Shown piece after piece: positions 1-7,946 of a stretch of 32,000 bases of DNA. Each line of letters opens with the position of its first letter. Positions within the stretch are counted from its first letter, which is position 1. Below the pieces are notes generated by a model. The model worked only from the letters and a program-made list of their open reading frames with translations, was not told the origin of the DNA and made no database searches. Location of the stretch: positions 360,001 through 392,000 of the forward strand of contig NZ_JBHSTI010000002.1 of NCBI RefSeq assembly GCF_042660085.1. The letters run 5' to 3'. The position numbers were made by a program, and so were the translations under genes. Source of the stretch: Longivirga aurantiaca (GTDB lineage Bacteria; Actinomycetota; Actinomycetes; S36-B12; CAIYMF01).

Positions 1-34
1 CACGGCAGTTCGACTGCACCTTCTGACCCTTGCT

Positions 35-59
35 CGTGATCTTCGACGTCGAGATCACG
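35..59. promoter_or_regulatory. near-palindrome CGTGATC-T-TCGACGTCGA-GATCACG about 50 nt upstream of the MFS start; candidate operator
   Basis: Read directly: 7-bp outer arms flank a self-complementary 10-mer. The position fits a repressor site for the downstream transporter. No regulator gene is visible because of the window edge. Confidence 0.3.
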
Positions 60-108
60 TCGTACGCCGGGGAGCCCGCTGGTCCGGCGGCACGTAGGGT
101 CGGCGCTC

Positions 109-1362
109 GTGGCCCGCCTCTTCGCCGATCTCTCGCCCCTGCGGGCATCGGCCGACTACCGGCGGATCATCCTCGCGCACGGCGTCAGCAACATCGGGCA
201 GCAGATGACGGCGGTCGCGGTCGGCATCCAGGTCTACGCGCTCACGCAGTCGTCGTTGGCCGTCGGGCTCGTCGGCCTGTTCCAGCTCGTGCCGCTCATC
301 GGCTTCGGCCTCTACGGCGGCGCGATGTCCGACACGCACGACCGCCGCACGCTCGGGCTCGTCGCCGCGCTCGGCCTCATGGGCTGCGCCGGCATCCTGG
401 TCGCGCAGTCGGCGCTCGGCCTCGGATCGGTCGCCGTGCTGTACGCCGTCGTCGCGATCCAGTCGGCGTTCTTCGCGATCGGGAACCCCGCACGCCAGGC
501 GATCATCCCGCGGCTGATCGCGCCCGAGATGCTGCCGGCCGCGAACGCGCTCGGCATGCTCGCGTGGGGCCTCGGCTTCACCGTCGGGCCGCTCGTCGGC
601 GGGTTCGTCATCGCAGCCACCGGCGGTGTCGCGTGGGCGTACGCCGCCGACCTCGTGCTGTTCACCGGCGTCGTCTACGCGATGTGGCGGCTGCGCCCCG
701 TGCCTCCCGAGGCGGCTGCGGAGGACCGGCGTACCGGCTGGGCCGCGGTGGGCGAGGGCCTGCGCTTCCTGCGCGGCAAGCACAACCTGCAGATGTCGTT
801 CTACGTCGACATCGCGGCGATGGTGTTCGGCATGCCGCGCGCCCTCTTCCCGGCGATCGCGGCGGCGATGTACGCCGACGACCCGAAGATGGCCGCGACG
901 GCGGCAGGCATCCTGTACGCCGCGCCCGCCGCCGGTGCGCTCGTCTCCGGCGTGCTGTCCGGTCCGCTCGGGCGGGTGCGGCGGCACGGGCTCGCGATCG
1001 TGCTGTCGGTGTTCGCCTGGGGTCTCGCGATCGCGGTGTTCGGGCTCGTCAGCTGGCTGCCGCTCGCGGCGCTCATGCTCGCGCTGGCCGGAGCCGCCGA
1101 CAACGTGAGCGCGGTGTTCCGGTCGACCATGCTGCAGTCGGCGACGCCGGACGAGTTCCGCGGACGCCTGCAGGGCGTGTTCACCGTCGTGGTCGCCGGT
1201 GGTCCGCGGCTCGGCGACGTCGAGTCCGGTGCTGTCGCCGCCCTGGCGGGCGAGCAGTTCTCGGTGGTGAGCGGCGGTGTCGCGTGCATCGCCATCACCG
1301 CGGCGCTCGTCGCGAAGTACCCCGGGTTCCTGGCGTACGACGCCGAGAACCCCGTGCCCTGA
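109..1362 (+). CDS. MFS transporter, EntS/YbdA-like exporter family
   Basis: 417-aa ORF with a GTG start and a multi-TM hydrophobic pattern throughout. The N-terminus LRASADYRRIILAHGVSNIGQQM is typical of MFS_3/EntS-type exporters. Overlapping ORFs in other frames are Arg/Pro-rich artefacts. Confidence 0.85.
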   Translation: MARLFADLSPLRASADYRRIILAHGVSNIGQQMTAVAVGIQVYALTQSSLAVGLVGLFQLVPLIGFGLYGGAMSDTHDRRTLGLVAALGLMGCAGILVAQSALGLGSVAVLYAVVAIQSAFFAIGNPARQAIIPRLIAPEMLPAANALGMLAWGLGFTVGPLVGGFVIAATGGVAWAYAADLVLFTGVVYAMWRLRPVPPEAAAEDRRTGWAAVGEGLRFLRGKHNLQMSFYVDIAAMVFGMPRALFPAIAAAMYADDPKMAATAAGILYAAPAAGALVSGVLSGPLGRVRRHGLAIVLSVFAWGLAIAVFGLVSWLPLAALMLALAGAADNVSAVFRSTMLQSATPDEFRGRLQGVFTVVVAGGPRLGDVESGAVAALAGEQFSVVSGGVACIAITAALVAKYPGFLAYDAENPVP

Positions 1363-1422
1363 CGCCGTCGGATCCGCTCTGCGGGACGGTCTCGGGTCAG
1401 AAAGCGCAGTCCAACTGCCGTG

Positions 1423-1470
1423 ATCGACCCTCAGGGCCCACAGAGAATCGACCCTCAGGGCCCACAGAGA
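1423..1470. repeat. perfect tandem direct repeat, 2 x 24 bp (ATCGACCCTCAGGGCCCACAGAGA), each with a CCCTCAGGG palindromic core
   Basis: Read directly; the copies are 1423-1446 and 1447-1470. A third degenerate core (GGGCCCTCAGGGG) lies at about 1523-1535 and overlaps the stop codon of the 1529..2146 gene. Confidence 0.9.
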
Positions 1471-1480
1471 GAGGACGGAG

Positions 1481-1499
1481 CGCGCCCGTCAAGGGCGCG
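1481..1499. terminator. GC hairpin (CGCGCCC-GTCAA-GGGCGCG) between convergent genes
   Basis: 7-bp perfect stem with a 5-nt loop, between the MFS stop (1362) and the minus-strand stop (1529). There is no U-tract, so it would be an I-shaped actinobacterial-type terminator at best. Confidence 0.35.
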
Positions 1500-1528
1500 A
1501 TCTGTCCTGAGCGGGTGGGATCGGGCCC

Positions 1529-2146
1529 TCAGGGGCGGTGGGTGAGCCAGGTGTGGAGGAGCTCGGCGGTGACGGCGTCGAGGTCGAGGCCGCGGCGTGC
1601 GGCCTCCTTCTCGGCGGCCTTGGCGAGCTTCTTCGGCAGCTTCACCTTGACCGTGGCGAGCGAGCCGGTCAGGAGGGCGGCGTCGGCCTTGGCGCGCTTC
1701 TTGGCCGCCTTGTCGGCGTTCTCCGCCGCTGCCGCAGCCGGGGCGTCGGTACGGCGCAGATGGTCCGAGGTGGTGCCGGAGAACCCGGTGCGCTTGCGCT
1801 TGTTCTTCACAGGAACCGCCGGCGGGGTCTGGTAGCGCTTGGACTTCTTCGGCGTCGCGGGGACGGCCGGCTCGGCCGCGATCTCGGCGGCCGCAGCGCT
1901 CGGGTCCGGCTCGGCCGGTACGGGTGTCGGCTTGGTGGCCTTCGCGGACCTGGCAGCGGCCGAGGCGGGCGCCGCACCTGCTCCGGCGGCCTTCGCCGGG
2001 GCGCGCTTCGCAGGAGCAGGGGTCTCTGCCGTGGCCGGCTCGGCGGTGCGGGGCGTGCGCGGGCGGCGCACGGGCTGCGGTGCCGCGGGGTGGACGTCGG
2101 CGTCCTCGGCCTTGCGCAGCGCCGGGCGGGGGGTGGGGTTGGTCAT
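1529..2146 (-). CDS. small basic protein, disordered Pro/Ala/Lys-rich N-terminus with a C-terminal RHH-like (ParG/CopG-type) tail; putative ParA partner
   Basis: An in-frame ATG at 2146 forms an ATGA overlap with the ParA stop; 205 aa. The C-terminus VKVKLPKKLAKAAEKEAARRGLDLDAVTAELLHTWL fits a strand-helix-helix pattern. The ORF-track start at 2302 is an Arg-rich extension overlapping parA. Confidence 0.65.
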   Translation of the reverse strand: MTNPTPRPALRKAEDADVHPAAPQPVRRPRTPRTAEPATAETPAPAKRAPAKAAGAGAAPASAAARSAKATKPTPVPAEPDPSAAAAEIAAEPAVPATPKKSKRYQTPPAVPVKNKRKRTGFSGTTSDHLRRTDAPAAAAAENADKAAKKRAKADAALLTGSLATVKVKLPKKLAKAAEKEAARRGLDLDAVTAELLHTWLTHRP

Positions 2147-2994
2147 GAGGAGTCCGTCCCTGTCGAGGTGAGGGTCGTGGGCAGGTGCCCGAGCTCGGCC
2201 ACGCCGCGCCCCGCCTCGGCCAGCAGCAGGTCGAGCAGGTCGTCGAACGCGTCCGCCGCCTCGCGGGCGCCGGAGGACCGCCAGGCCTGCACCGGCACGC
2301 ACGCGCCCTGGGCCTGCTGCAGCGCCGTCCGGTCGGGCACCGTCACCGGCAGGAGCAGCGTCGGGTAGTGCTCGGCGAGCTCGGCGAGGCGGTACGCGTG
2401 CTCGCTCGTCTGCGGCCGCGCGCGGTTGACGACGACCCCGGCGGCACGCAGCACGAGGTTGTTCGAGCCGCGCACCACCTCGATCGCCTCGAGCGCCGCC
2501 GCGGCACCGGGCAGGGCGAAGAACGACGGCTCGGTCACGACGAGCGCGAGCCGTACGGCGGCGAGCGCGTTGCGGGTGAGCTCGCCGAGCGACGGCGGGC
2601 AGTCGACGAGCACGACGTCGTACCGGTCGACCACGCCCTCGAGGGCGATCCGCAGCCGCAGCGCCGAGTCACGGCCCTCGGGCACGGCGCGGTGCTCCAG
2701 CGCGCGCTCGGAGGGCAGCACGTCGACGCCCGCGCCCCAGGACGACGGCACGATCGCGTCGGCGGCCACGCCGGGCCGGGCGTCGGCCAGCACGTCGTTG
2801 GTCGTGTACGCCGTGGACGCGGGATCGAGCGCGGCGGTCGCGTTGGCCTGCGGGTCGAGGTCGACCACCAGCACCCGGAGACCGCGCTCCCAGGCCGCGC
2901 CGGCCAGGCCGAGCAGGGTCGTGGTCTTGCCGACCCCGCCCTTCTGGGCGACGACGGCGCAGGTCAGGGGTGCGCGTGTGCTGCTGGCAGCCAT
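2143..2994 (-). CDS. ParA/Soj-family (MinD/ParA superfamily) ATPase
   Basis: Deviant Walker A VAQKGGVGKTTT, plus the DLDPQAN and VLVDCPPSLG motifs; ATG at 2994, in frame, 283 aa. The rest of the 765-aa ORF is an Arg/Pro-rich read-through antisense to the photolyase gene. Confidence 0.9.
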   Translation of the reverse strand: MAASSTRAPLTCAVVAQKGGVGKTTTLLGLAGAAWERGLRVLVVDLDPQANATAALDPASTAYTTNDVLADARPGVAADAIVPSSWGAGVDVLPSERALEHRAVPEGRDSALRLRIALEGVVDRYDVVLVDCPPSLGELTRNALAAVRLALVVTEPSFFALPGAAAALEAIEVVRGSNNLVLRAAGVVVNRARPQTSEHAYRLAELAEHYPTLLLPVTVPDRTALQQAQGACVPVQAWRSSGAREAADAFDDLLDLLLAEAGRGVAELGHLPTTLTSTGTDSS

Positions 2995-3074
2995 GGCACC
3001 TCCCCGGACTCGTCGTCGCCCGGCATCGTCCCACGTCAGGGGGTTCCTCGGCATCCACGCCGCACGCGCCGCGG

Positions 3075-4454
3075 CTACTCCTCCTTGAGCGCGGCGTACC
3101 GGCGCAGCGACTCCTCGCGCTCCTCGGCGTGCTCGACGATCCGCGGCGGGTAGTCGGGCGCGAGGAGCGGCGCGTCCCACGGCTCGTGCGCGTCCTTCCC
3201 GGCGAGGCCCCGCAGCTCGGGCACGTAGCGGCGCACGTAGTCGCCATCGGGGTCGAAGCGCAGGCCCTGCGTGACCGGGTTGAAGATGCGGAAGTAGGGC
3301 GAGGCGTCGGTGCCGCTGCCCGCGACCCACTGCCACCCCTGCTGGTTGCTCGCGAGGTCGCCGTCGCGCAGGTGCTGCAGGAACCAGCGGGCGCCGCGCT
3401 GCCACGGCACGTGCAGGTCCTTGACCAGGAAGCTCGCCACGACCATGCGCACGCGGTTGTGCATCCAGCCCTCGGCGAGCAGCTGGCGCATGCCGGCGTC
3501 GACGAACGGGTAGCCGGTGCGGCCCTCGGTCCAGGCCAGGAATCGCTCGTCGGCGAGCGGCCCGGAGTCGTGCTGCATCCGCGCGAACCTCGGGTCGAGC
3601 CACGTGCGGGCGGACTCGGGCGCGGTGCAGAGGACGTCCGCGTAGAACTCGCGCCAGGCGATCTCCTTGCGGAACACCTCGTGCCCCCGCGAGTCGTCGA
3701 GGTCCGCGAGCAGGGTGCGCGGGTGGATCTCGCCCCACTTGAGGTGCGTCGACAGGCCCGATGTCCCCGCGAGGTCGGCCCGGTCGCGGAGGTCGGCGTA
3801 CGACGCGAGCCCGTCCGCCCGGAAGGCCTCCCAGCGGTCGTGCGCGGCCTCCTCCCCGGACGGCGGCAGAACGGTGATGCCGAGGTCGGGCTCGTCGGGG
3901 ATCCCGTCGGTCGCGAGCGGGCCCGTGCCGTCCCGTCGCCAGGCCGGCCAGCGCTCGGGGTCGGGCGCGGGCGCGCGCCACCCGTGCGCGAGCCAGGCAC
4001 GGAAGAACGGGGTGTAGACGCGGTAGGGCGTGCCGTCGCCCTTGCGCACCCGCCCCGGTGCCACGGCGTACGGCGACCCGGTGGCGACCAGCTCGCGACC
4101 GGCGCCGGCGAGGGCCGACGCGACCGAGGCGTCCCGCCGGACGCCGTACGGCGCGAAGTCGGCGGCGACGTGCACGGTGCGGGCCCCTGCCGCGGCGGCG
4201 ACCTCGGGCACGACGTCGAGCGGGTCGCCGTGGCGCACCACCAGCCGGCCGTCCAGCGACTCGTCCAGCGCGTTCAACGACCGCACGAGGCAGGCGCGGC
4301 GCACGGCGCCGGCCGGGTCCCACAGGGTGCGGTCGAGCACGAACAGCGCCACGACCTCGTCGTCGCCGTCGGTGCGCGCCGCCTCGAGGGCCGCGAGCAG
4401 CGCCGGGTTGTCGTGCCGGCGCAGGTCTCGTCGGAACCACAGGACGCTCGGCAT
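3075..4454 (-). CDS. phr: deoxyribodipyrimidine (CPD) photolyase
   Basis: Starts MPSVLWFRRDLRRHDNPAL. Contains TSGLSTHLKWGEIHPR, AWREFY, GWMHNRVRMVVASFL and NQQGWQWVAGSGTDASPYFRIFNP. ATG at 4454 is in frame; 459 aa. Confidence 0.93.
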   Translation of the reverse strand: MPSVLWFRRDLRRHDNPALLAALEAARTDGDDEVVALFVLDRTLWDPAGAVRRACLVRSLNALDESLDGRLVVRHGDPLDVVPEVAAAAGARTVHVAADFAPYGVRRDASVASALAGAGRELVATGSPYAVAPGRVRKGDGTPYRVYTPFFRAWLAHGWRAPAPDPERWPAWRRDGTGPLATDGIPDEPDLGITVLPPSGEEAAHDRWEAFRADGLASYADLRDRADLAGTSGLSTHLKWGEIHPRTLLADLDDSRGHEVFRKEIAWREFYADVLCTAPESARTWLDPRFARMQHDSGPLADERFLAWTEGRTGYPFVDAGMRQLLAEGWMHNRVRMVVASFLVKDLHVPWQRGARWFLQHLRDGDLASNQQGWQWVAGSGTDASPYFRIFNPVTQGLRFDPDGDYVRRYVPELRGLAGKDAHEPWDAPLLAPDYPPRIVEHAEEREESLRRYAALKEE

Positions 4455-4613
4455 GCTGCCGAGGCTAGGTGCGCCGCGAGCCGGGCGCAGGTCGGGACGT
4501 GACCAGGACGACTCGGGGTTAGGTGAGGGAACGCTGCGACCCGACGGGCAGTAGGACAAGATGGGCGACGAGTTGATCTGCCCGGGCACCACCAGCGAAG
4601 GACTCAGCCGGCC

Positions 4614-5297
4614 GTGAGCGACCTCATCGACACCACGGAGATGTATCTCCGCACCATCTTCGAGCTCGAGGAAGAGGGCATCGTCCCGCTGCGGGCGCGC
4701 ATCGCCGAGCGGCTCGGCCAGTCCGGCCCGACGGTCTCGCAGACCGTGGCGCGCATGGAGCGCGACGGCCTGCTCTCCGTCGAGGGTGACCGCCACCTCG
4801 AGCTGAGCGACGCCGGCCGCGCGATGGCGACCCGCGTCATGCGCAAGCACCGCCTCGCGGAGTGCCTGCTCGTCGAGGTCATCGGCCTCGACTGGGAGGA
4901 CGTGCACGCCGAGGCCTGCCGTTGGGAGCACGTGATGAGCGAGCGCGTCGAGCGCCGCATCCTCGAGCTGCTCAAGAACCCGACCGTGTCGCCGTACGGC
5001 AACCCGATCCCGGGGCTCGAGGAGCTCGACCGCGACGCCGCCGCCTCCGACCTCTCCGGCCTCATGACCCTCGACAAGGTGGTGGGCGAGAGCTCGACCC
5101 GCGTCACGGTCGCGCGCATCGGCGAGCCGATCCAGAACGACGCCGCCCTCATGGCCTCGCTGCACCGCGCGGGTGTCGTGCCGGCCGCGACCGTGAAGGT
5201 CGTGTCGTCCCCGGGCGGGGTCCTCGTGGGCAGTGCCGGCGAGTACGCCGAGCTCGACTCGGCGACGGCGTCGCACGTCTTCGTCACCAAGGGCTAG
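4614..5297 (+). CDS. ideR: iron-dependent repressor, DtxR/IdeR family, with a C-terminal SH3-like domain
   Basis: DTTEMYLRTIFELEEEGIVPLRARIAERLGQSGPTVSQTV...MRKHRLAECLL...HAEACRWEHVMSE is near-colinear with mycobacterial IdeR as I recall it. GTG start; 227 aa. Confidence 0.92.
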   Translation: MSDLIDTTEMYLRTIFELEEEGIVPLRARIAERLGQSGPTVSQTVARMERDGLLSVEGDRHLELSDAGRAMATRVMRKHRLAECLLVEVIGLDWEDVHAEACRWEHVMSERVERRILELLKNPTVSPYGNPIPGLEELDRDAAASDLSGLMTLDKVVGESSTRVTVARIGEPIQNDAALMASLHRAGVVPAATVKVVSSPGGVLVGSAGEYAELDSATASHVFVTKG

Positions 5298-5319
5298 CAG
5301 CCCCGCCGCGCCTCCCAGC

Positions 5320-5351
5320 GACGCCCGCCCGACCTCCGTCGGGCGGGCGTC
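5320..5351 (+). terminator. perfect 14-bp GC hairpin (GACGCCCGCCCGAC-CTCC-GTCGGGCGGGCGTC) after ideR
   Basis: Read directly; begins about 23 nt after the ideR stop. No U-tract. Confidence 0.55.
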
Positions 5352-5605
5352 GGAGCGTCGGGGCCGCCACCCGTACGGCGCAGCCCCCGGCCGCCGACGC
5401 CCGCTGCCACACCCCGGGCTGGGCCGTTCGGGGGATGACCGGTCCGGTTCGGGCCCGATCCGGTCACGATGCGTCACCGGGCGCTGCTCCGGATGGGCCG
5501 TTCCGCCTACCGGTTTTCGGACGCCAGCCGGACGCGGGGCCGGCGTCCGCCCTGGTCTGCTTCGCCCGTGCCCGGGCAGGTCCGGGCCGTGGGAAGGGAG
5601 CGGGG

Positions 5606-6862
5606 ATGTTCCACGAGCACGAGAGGGCACGAGCAGCCACGGTCGACCTGACGGATGCGGTGGCGCCCGCCCCGCAGTGGAGTGCCGGTCGGGCCCGATC
5701 ACGCCGGGCGGCGCTGGAGCTCGCGGCGATCACGGCCCTCGCCTGGGTGGCCGTCGTGGTGCTGAACGACCCGTCGCGCGAGGCGTGGACGCAGAACGAC
5801 CACCGGTGGCTGGTGCCGGTGCTCGTCCTGCTGGCGGTCGCGGGCAACCGCGTGCGGGCGCGTCTCGGCCGCTCGCGCGGGGAGCGCACGGTCGTCTTCG
5901 ACGCCACCGGCGCCGCGCTGATCGGGGCCGTGCTGCTGCTTCCTCCGCTGTGGTTCCCGGTGGTCGCGCTGGCCTCGGCCTGGCGGCCGGACCGGCGTCG
6001 GCTCACCCTGAACACCGCCATCCGCGTCACCGCCATGTCGGTCGCGATGCTGGCGTACGAGCTCGCGACGTTCATGCTGGACGAGGCCGGCCTCCTCGTC
6101 GACACCGTCCGCGTCGCCGGGCTCCTCGCGGCGGGGGCGGCGTACCTCGCGACCGAGGCCGTGGTGCACCGGCGCCACCTCGACGAGGGCGACGGACTCG
6201 GCGACGAGATCCCGGGCCTCGGTGCGGAGCTCGTCCGACGCGACTCGCCCGGAGTGGCGCTCGGCCTGCTGGTCGTCGCGCTGCTCGCCGTCTCGCCCGT
6301 CACCGCGGTGCTGCTGGTCCCGCTCGCCTGGCTGGTCGTCCAGATGCTCCGGGCGCAGGAGCAGCTGCTGCTCGCGGGCACCGACTACAAGACCGGCCTG
6401 CTCACGTACGAGTCGTTCCGGCGGTGCGCCGCGGCCGAGATCGCCCGCGCCCGCCGCCAGGCCCGGCCGCTCGTCGCGGTGATGGTCGACCTCGACGGCA
6501 TGAAGAGCGTCAACACGCTGCACGGCCACCTCACCGGCGAGATCGTCCTGGCCTCGATCGGCGCTGTCCTGCGCGGCGCCATGCGTGCTGAGGACGTCGT
6601 CGCCCGCTTCGGCGGGGACGAGTTCTGCCTCCTGCTGCCCGACACCGACCTCGAGGGCGCGCTCGTGCTCGTGGAGCGGCTGCGCGTGGTGGTCGCCACG
6701 ACGGCGCTCACCCCGGGCGACGAGCCGCTCTACCGGACGGCGTCGTTCGGCCTCACCGGCCTGCGGATCGTGGACGACGTCGACTCGCTGCTCGGGCGCG
6801 CGGACTCGGCCCTGAGCCGGGCCAAGGAGGCCGGCAAGGACCGCCTGGCCTACGAGCTCTGA
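5606..6862 (+). CDS. membrane-anchored diguanylate cyclase (multi-TM N-terminus + GGDEF domain with RxxD I-site)
   Basis: ATG at 5606 is preceded by GGGAAGGGAGCGGGG. The N-terminal half is hydrophobic. The C-terminus has DYKTGLLTYESF, VMVDLDGMKSVNTLHGH and RAEDVVARFGGDEFCLLLP, with RAED five residues before GGDEF. 418 aa. Confidence 0.87.
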   Translation: MFHEHERARAATVDLTDAVAPAPQWSAGRARSRRAALELAAITALAWVAVVVLNDPSREAWTQNDHRWLVPVLVLLAVAGNRVRARLGRSRGERTVVFDATGAALIGAVLLLPPLWFPVVALASAWRPDRRRLTLNTAIRVTAMSVAMLAYELATFMLDEAGLLVDTVRVAGLLAAGAAYLATEAVVHRRHLDEGDGLGDEIPGLGAELVRRDSPGVALGLLVVALLAVSPVTAVLLVPLAWLVVQMLRAQEQLLLAGTDYKTGLLTYESFRRCAAAEIARARRQARPLVAVMVDLDGMKSVNTLHGHLTGEIVLASIGAVLRGAMRAEDVVARFGGDEFCLLLPDTDLEGALVLVERLRVVVATTALTPGDEPLYRTASFGLTGLRIVDDVDSLLGRADSALSRAKEAGKDRLAYEL

Positions 6863-6951
6863 GCCGTCCCACGCATCCCGGTATGTCCCGTTTCGTGCTG
6901 CATCGGGACCAGTCGTTGACACCCGATCGGTGGCCTTTCCGTGATGAACCC

Positions 6952-6981
6952 GTGACATCGGGGGTGGCTGTGGCCTAGGTT
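6952..6981 (+). promoter_or_regulatory. candidate sigma-A-type promoter (GTGACA-N18-TAGGTT) for the riboswitch/NlpC-P60 transcript
   Basis: Hexamers read by eye about 35 nt upstream of the riboswitch closing helix. Not scored statistically. Confidence 0.3.
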
Positions 6982-7016
6982 CGTCACGGCCCGTCACCCG
7001 ACGGGCGCCGAGGGTG

Positions 7017-7181
7017 GACGCCGAGTCCTGCCAGCCACCCACGGTCATGACCTCGCTGGCAGGAGCGGGGGACCCAGGATTTCCGGGCCTCGCCGCACGG
7101 CGAGCCCTCGGGGTGAAGCCGGTCCCCGGACCGGCCGGGTCAATCCACGACCCGAACCCGACAGCTCACCTCGCAGGCGTC
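7017..7181 (+). promoter_or_regulatory. cyclic-di-AMP riboswitch (ydaO/yuaA class)
   Basis: The conserved blocks GGAGCGGGGGACCCA, GGGGTGAAGCC and CCCGAACCCGACAGCTCACCTCGCAGGCGTC occur in the canonical order. The closing helix pairs GACGCC (7017-7022) with GGCGTC (7176-7181). The element ends 2 nt before the GGAGG RBS of an NlpC/P60 gene, a classic actinobacterial context for this class. Confidence 0.8.
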
Positions 7182-7192
7182 GTGGAGGACTC

Positions 7193-7834
7193 ATGGCGTC
7201 TGCTCGCGCACGCCTGGGCGCGGCCGTCTCGGCTGCCCTGGCGATCACGTTGCTGCCCGCGTTCACCGCGTCCGCCTCGGCGGCCGTGGCCGACGACACC
7301 GGTACGTCGACCTCGACGATCACCGGCACCTCGGTGGTCACCTCGACCTTGACGACCAGCAGCCTCTCGACCTCGACCACCGCGGTGAGCACCACTGCCC
7401 CCGCGTCGTTCTCCCTGCCGGTCTCGCGGACCGGGTACGTCACCCTGAGCGCGGCGGCCAAGGCCGACCCGGTCGTGCGCGGCAAGGCCGTGGCCCAGAC
7501 CGCCGCCCGCTTCGCCGGCGTCCCGTACGTCGCTGGCGGCACGAGCCCCGCCGTCGGCTTCGACTGCTCCGGCTACACGCGCTACGTGTACTCGCGCCTC
7601 GGTATCTCGCTGCCGCGCGTCTCGCGCGACCAGTACGCCGCAGCGACGCCGATCCCGCGGAGCACGGCAGTCAAGGGCGACCTCGTGTTCTTCTACAGCA
7701 CGAGCGGCCGGATCTACCACGTGGCGATCTACGCGGGGAACGGCTACATCTGGCACTCGCCGTACCCCGGGAAGCGTGTGATGCTGGAGCGCATCTGGAC
7801 CTCGTCCTGGAAGGTCGCGCGCGTCCGCGCCTGA
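7193..7834 (+). CDS. secreted NlpC/P60-family peptidoglycan endopeptidase
   Basis: Signal peptide MASARARLGAAVSAALAITLLPAFTASASA, followed by a Thr/Ser-rich linker. The catalytic region is GVPYVAGGTSPAVGFDCSGYTRYVY...GDLVFF...HVAIYAGNG. Confidence 0.9.
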   Translation: MASARARLGAAVSAALAITLLPAFTASASAAVADDTGTSTSTITGTSVVTSTLTTSSLSTSTTAVSTTAPASFSLPVSRTGYVTLSAAAKADPVVRGKAVAQTAARFAGVPYVAGGTSPAVGFDCSGYTRYVYSRLGISLPRVSRDQYAAATPIPRSTAVKGDLVFFYSTSGRIYHVAIYAGNGYIWHSPYPGKRVMLERIWTSSWKVARVRA

Positions 7835-7848
7835 CCCTCCCCCTGATC

Positions 7849-7890
7849 GACGAAGGCGGCCTGCCATCCCCCGTGCGGGCCGCCTTCGTC
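7849..7890 (+). terminator. perfect 13-bp hairpin (GACGAAGGCGGCC...GGCCGCCTTCGTC) after the NlpC/P60 gene
   Basis: Read directly; starts about 15 nt after the stop codon; 16-nt loop. Confidence 0.6.
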
Positions 7891-7946
7891 CTGTCCGGGC
7901 AGGGGGTGCGGCGCATTGACGCGTTCATGCGCCAGCATGGTCGCCT

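Noticed and set aside
30-1835. Very long ORFs in the track (for example 30..1835, the N-terminal 480 aa of 2143..4440, 3075..5702 upstream of 4454, 15059..17869, 28264..30045 and 29628..31889)
   Set aside because: Their translations are Arg/Pro/Gly/Ala-rich low complexity with no motifs. They lie antisense to or frame-shifted over genes with clear family signatures. This is the standard artefact of stop-codon-poor GC-rich DNA.
4519-4537. IdeR-box-like sequence TTAGGTGAGGGAACGCTGC in the phr/ideR divergent region
   Set aside because: The first half matches TTAGGTTAGG, but the second half does not. By eye, about 12 of 19 positions match the TTAGGTTAGGCTAACCTAA consensus, and the dyad symmetry is lost. 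This is too weak to call an operator.
5352-5605. A 250-nt leader before the GGDEF gene, examined for a riboswitch
   Set aside because: It contains only generic GC hairpins (for example CGGACGCC...GGCGTCCG). No motif I can assign to a known class.
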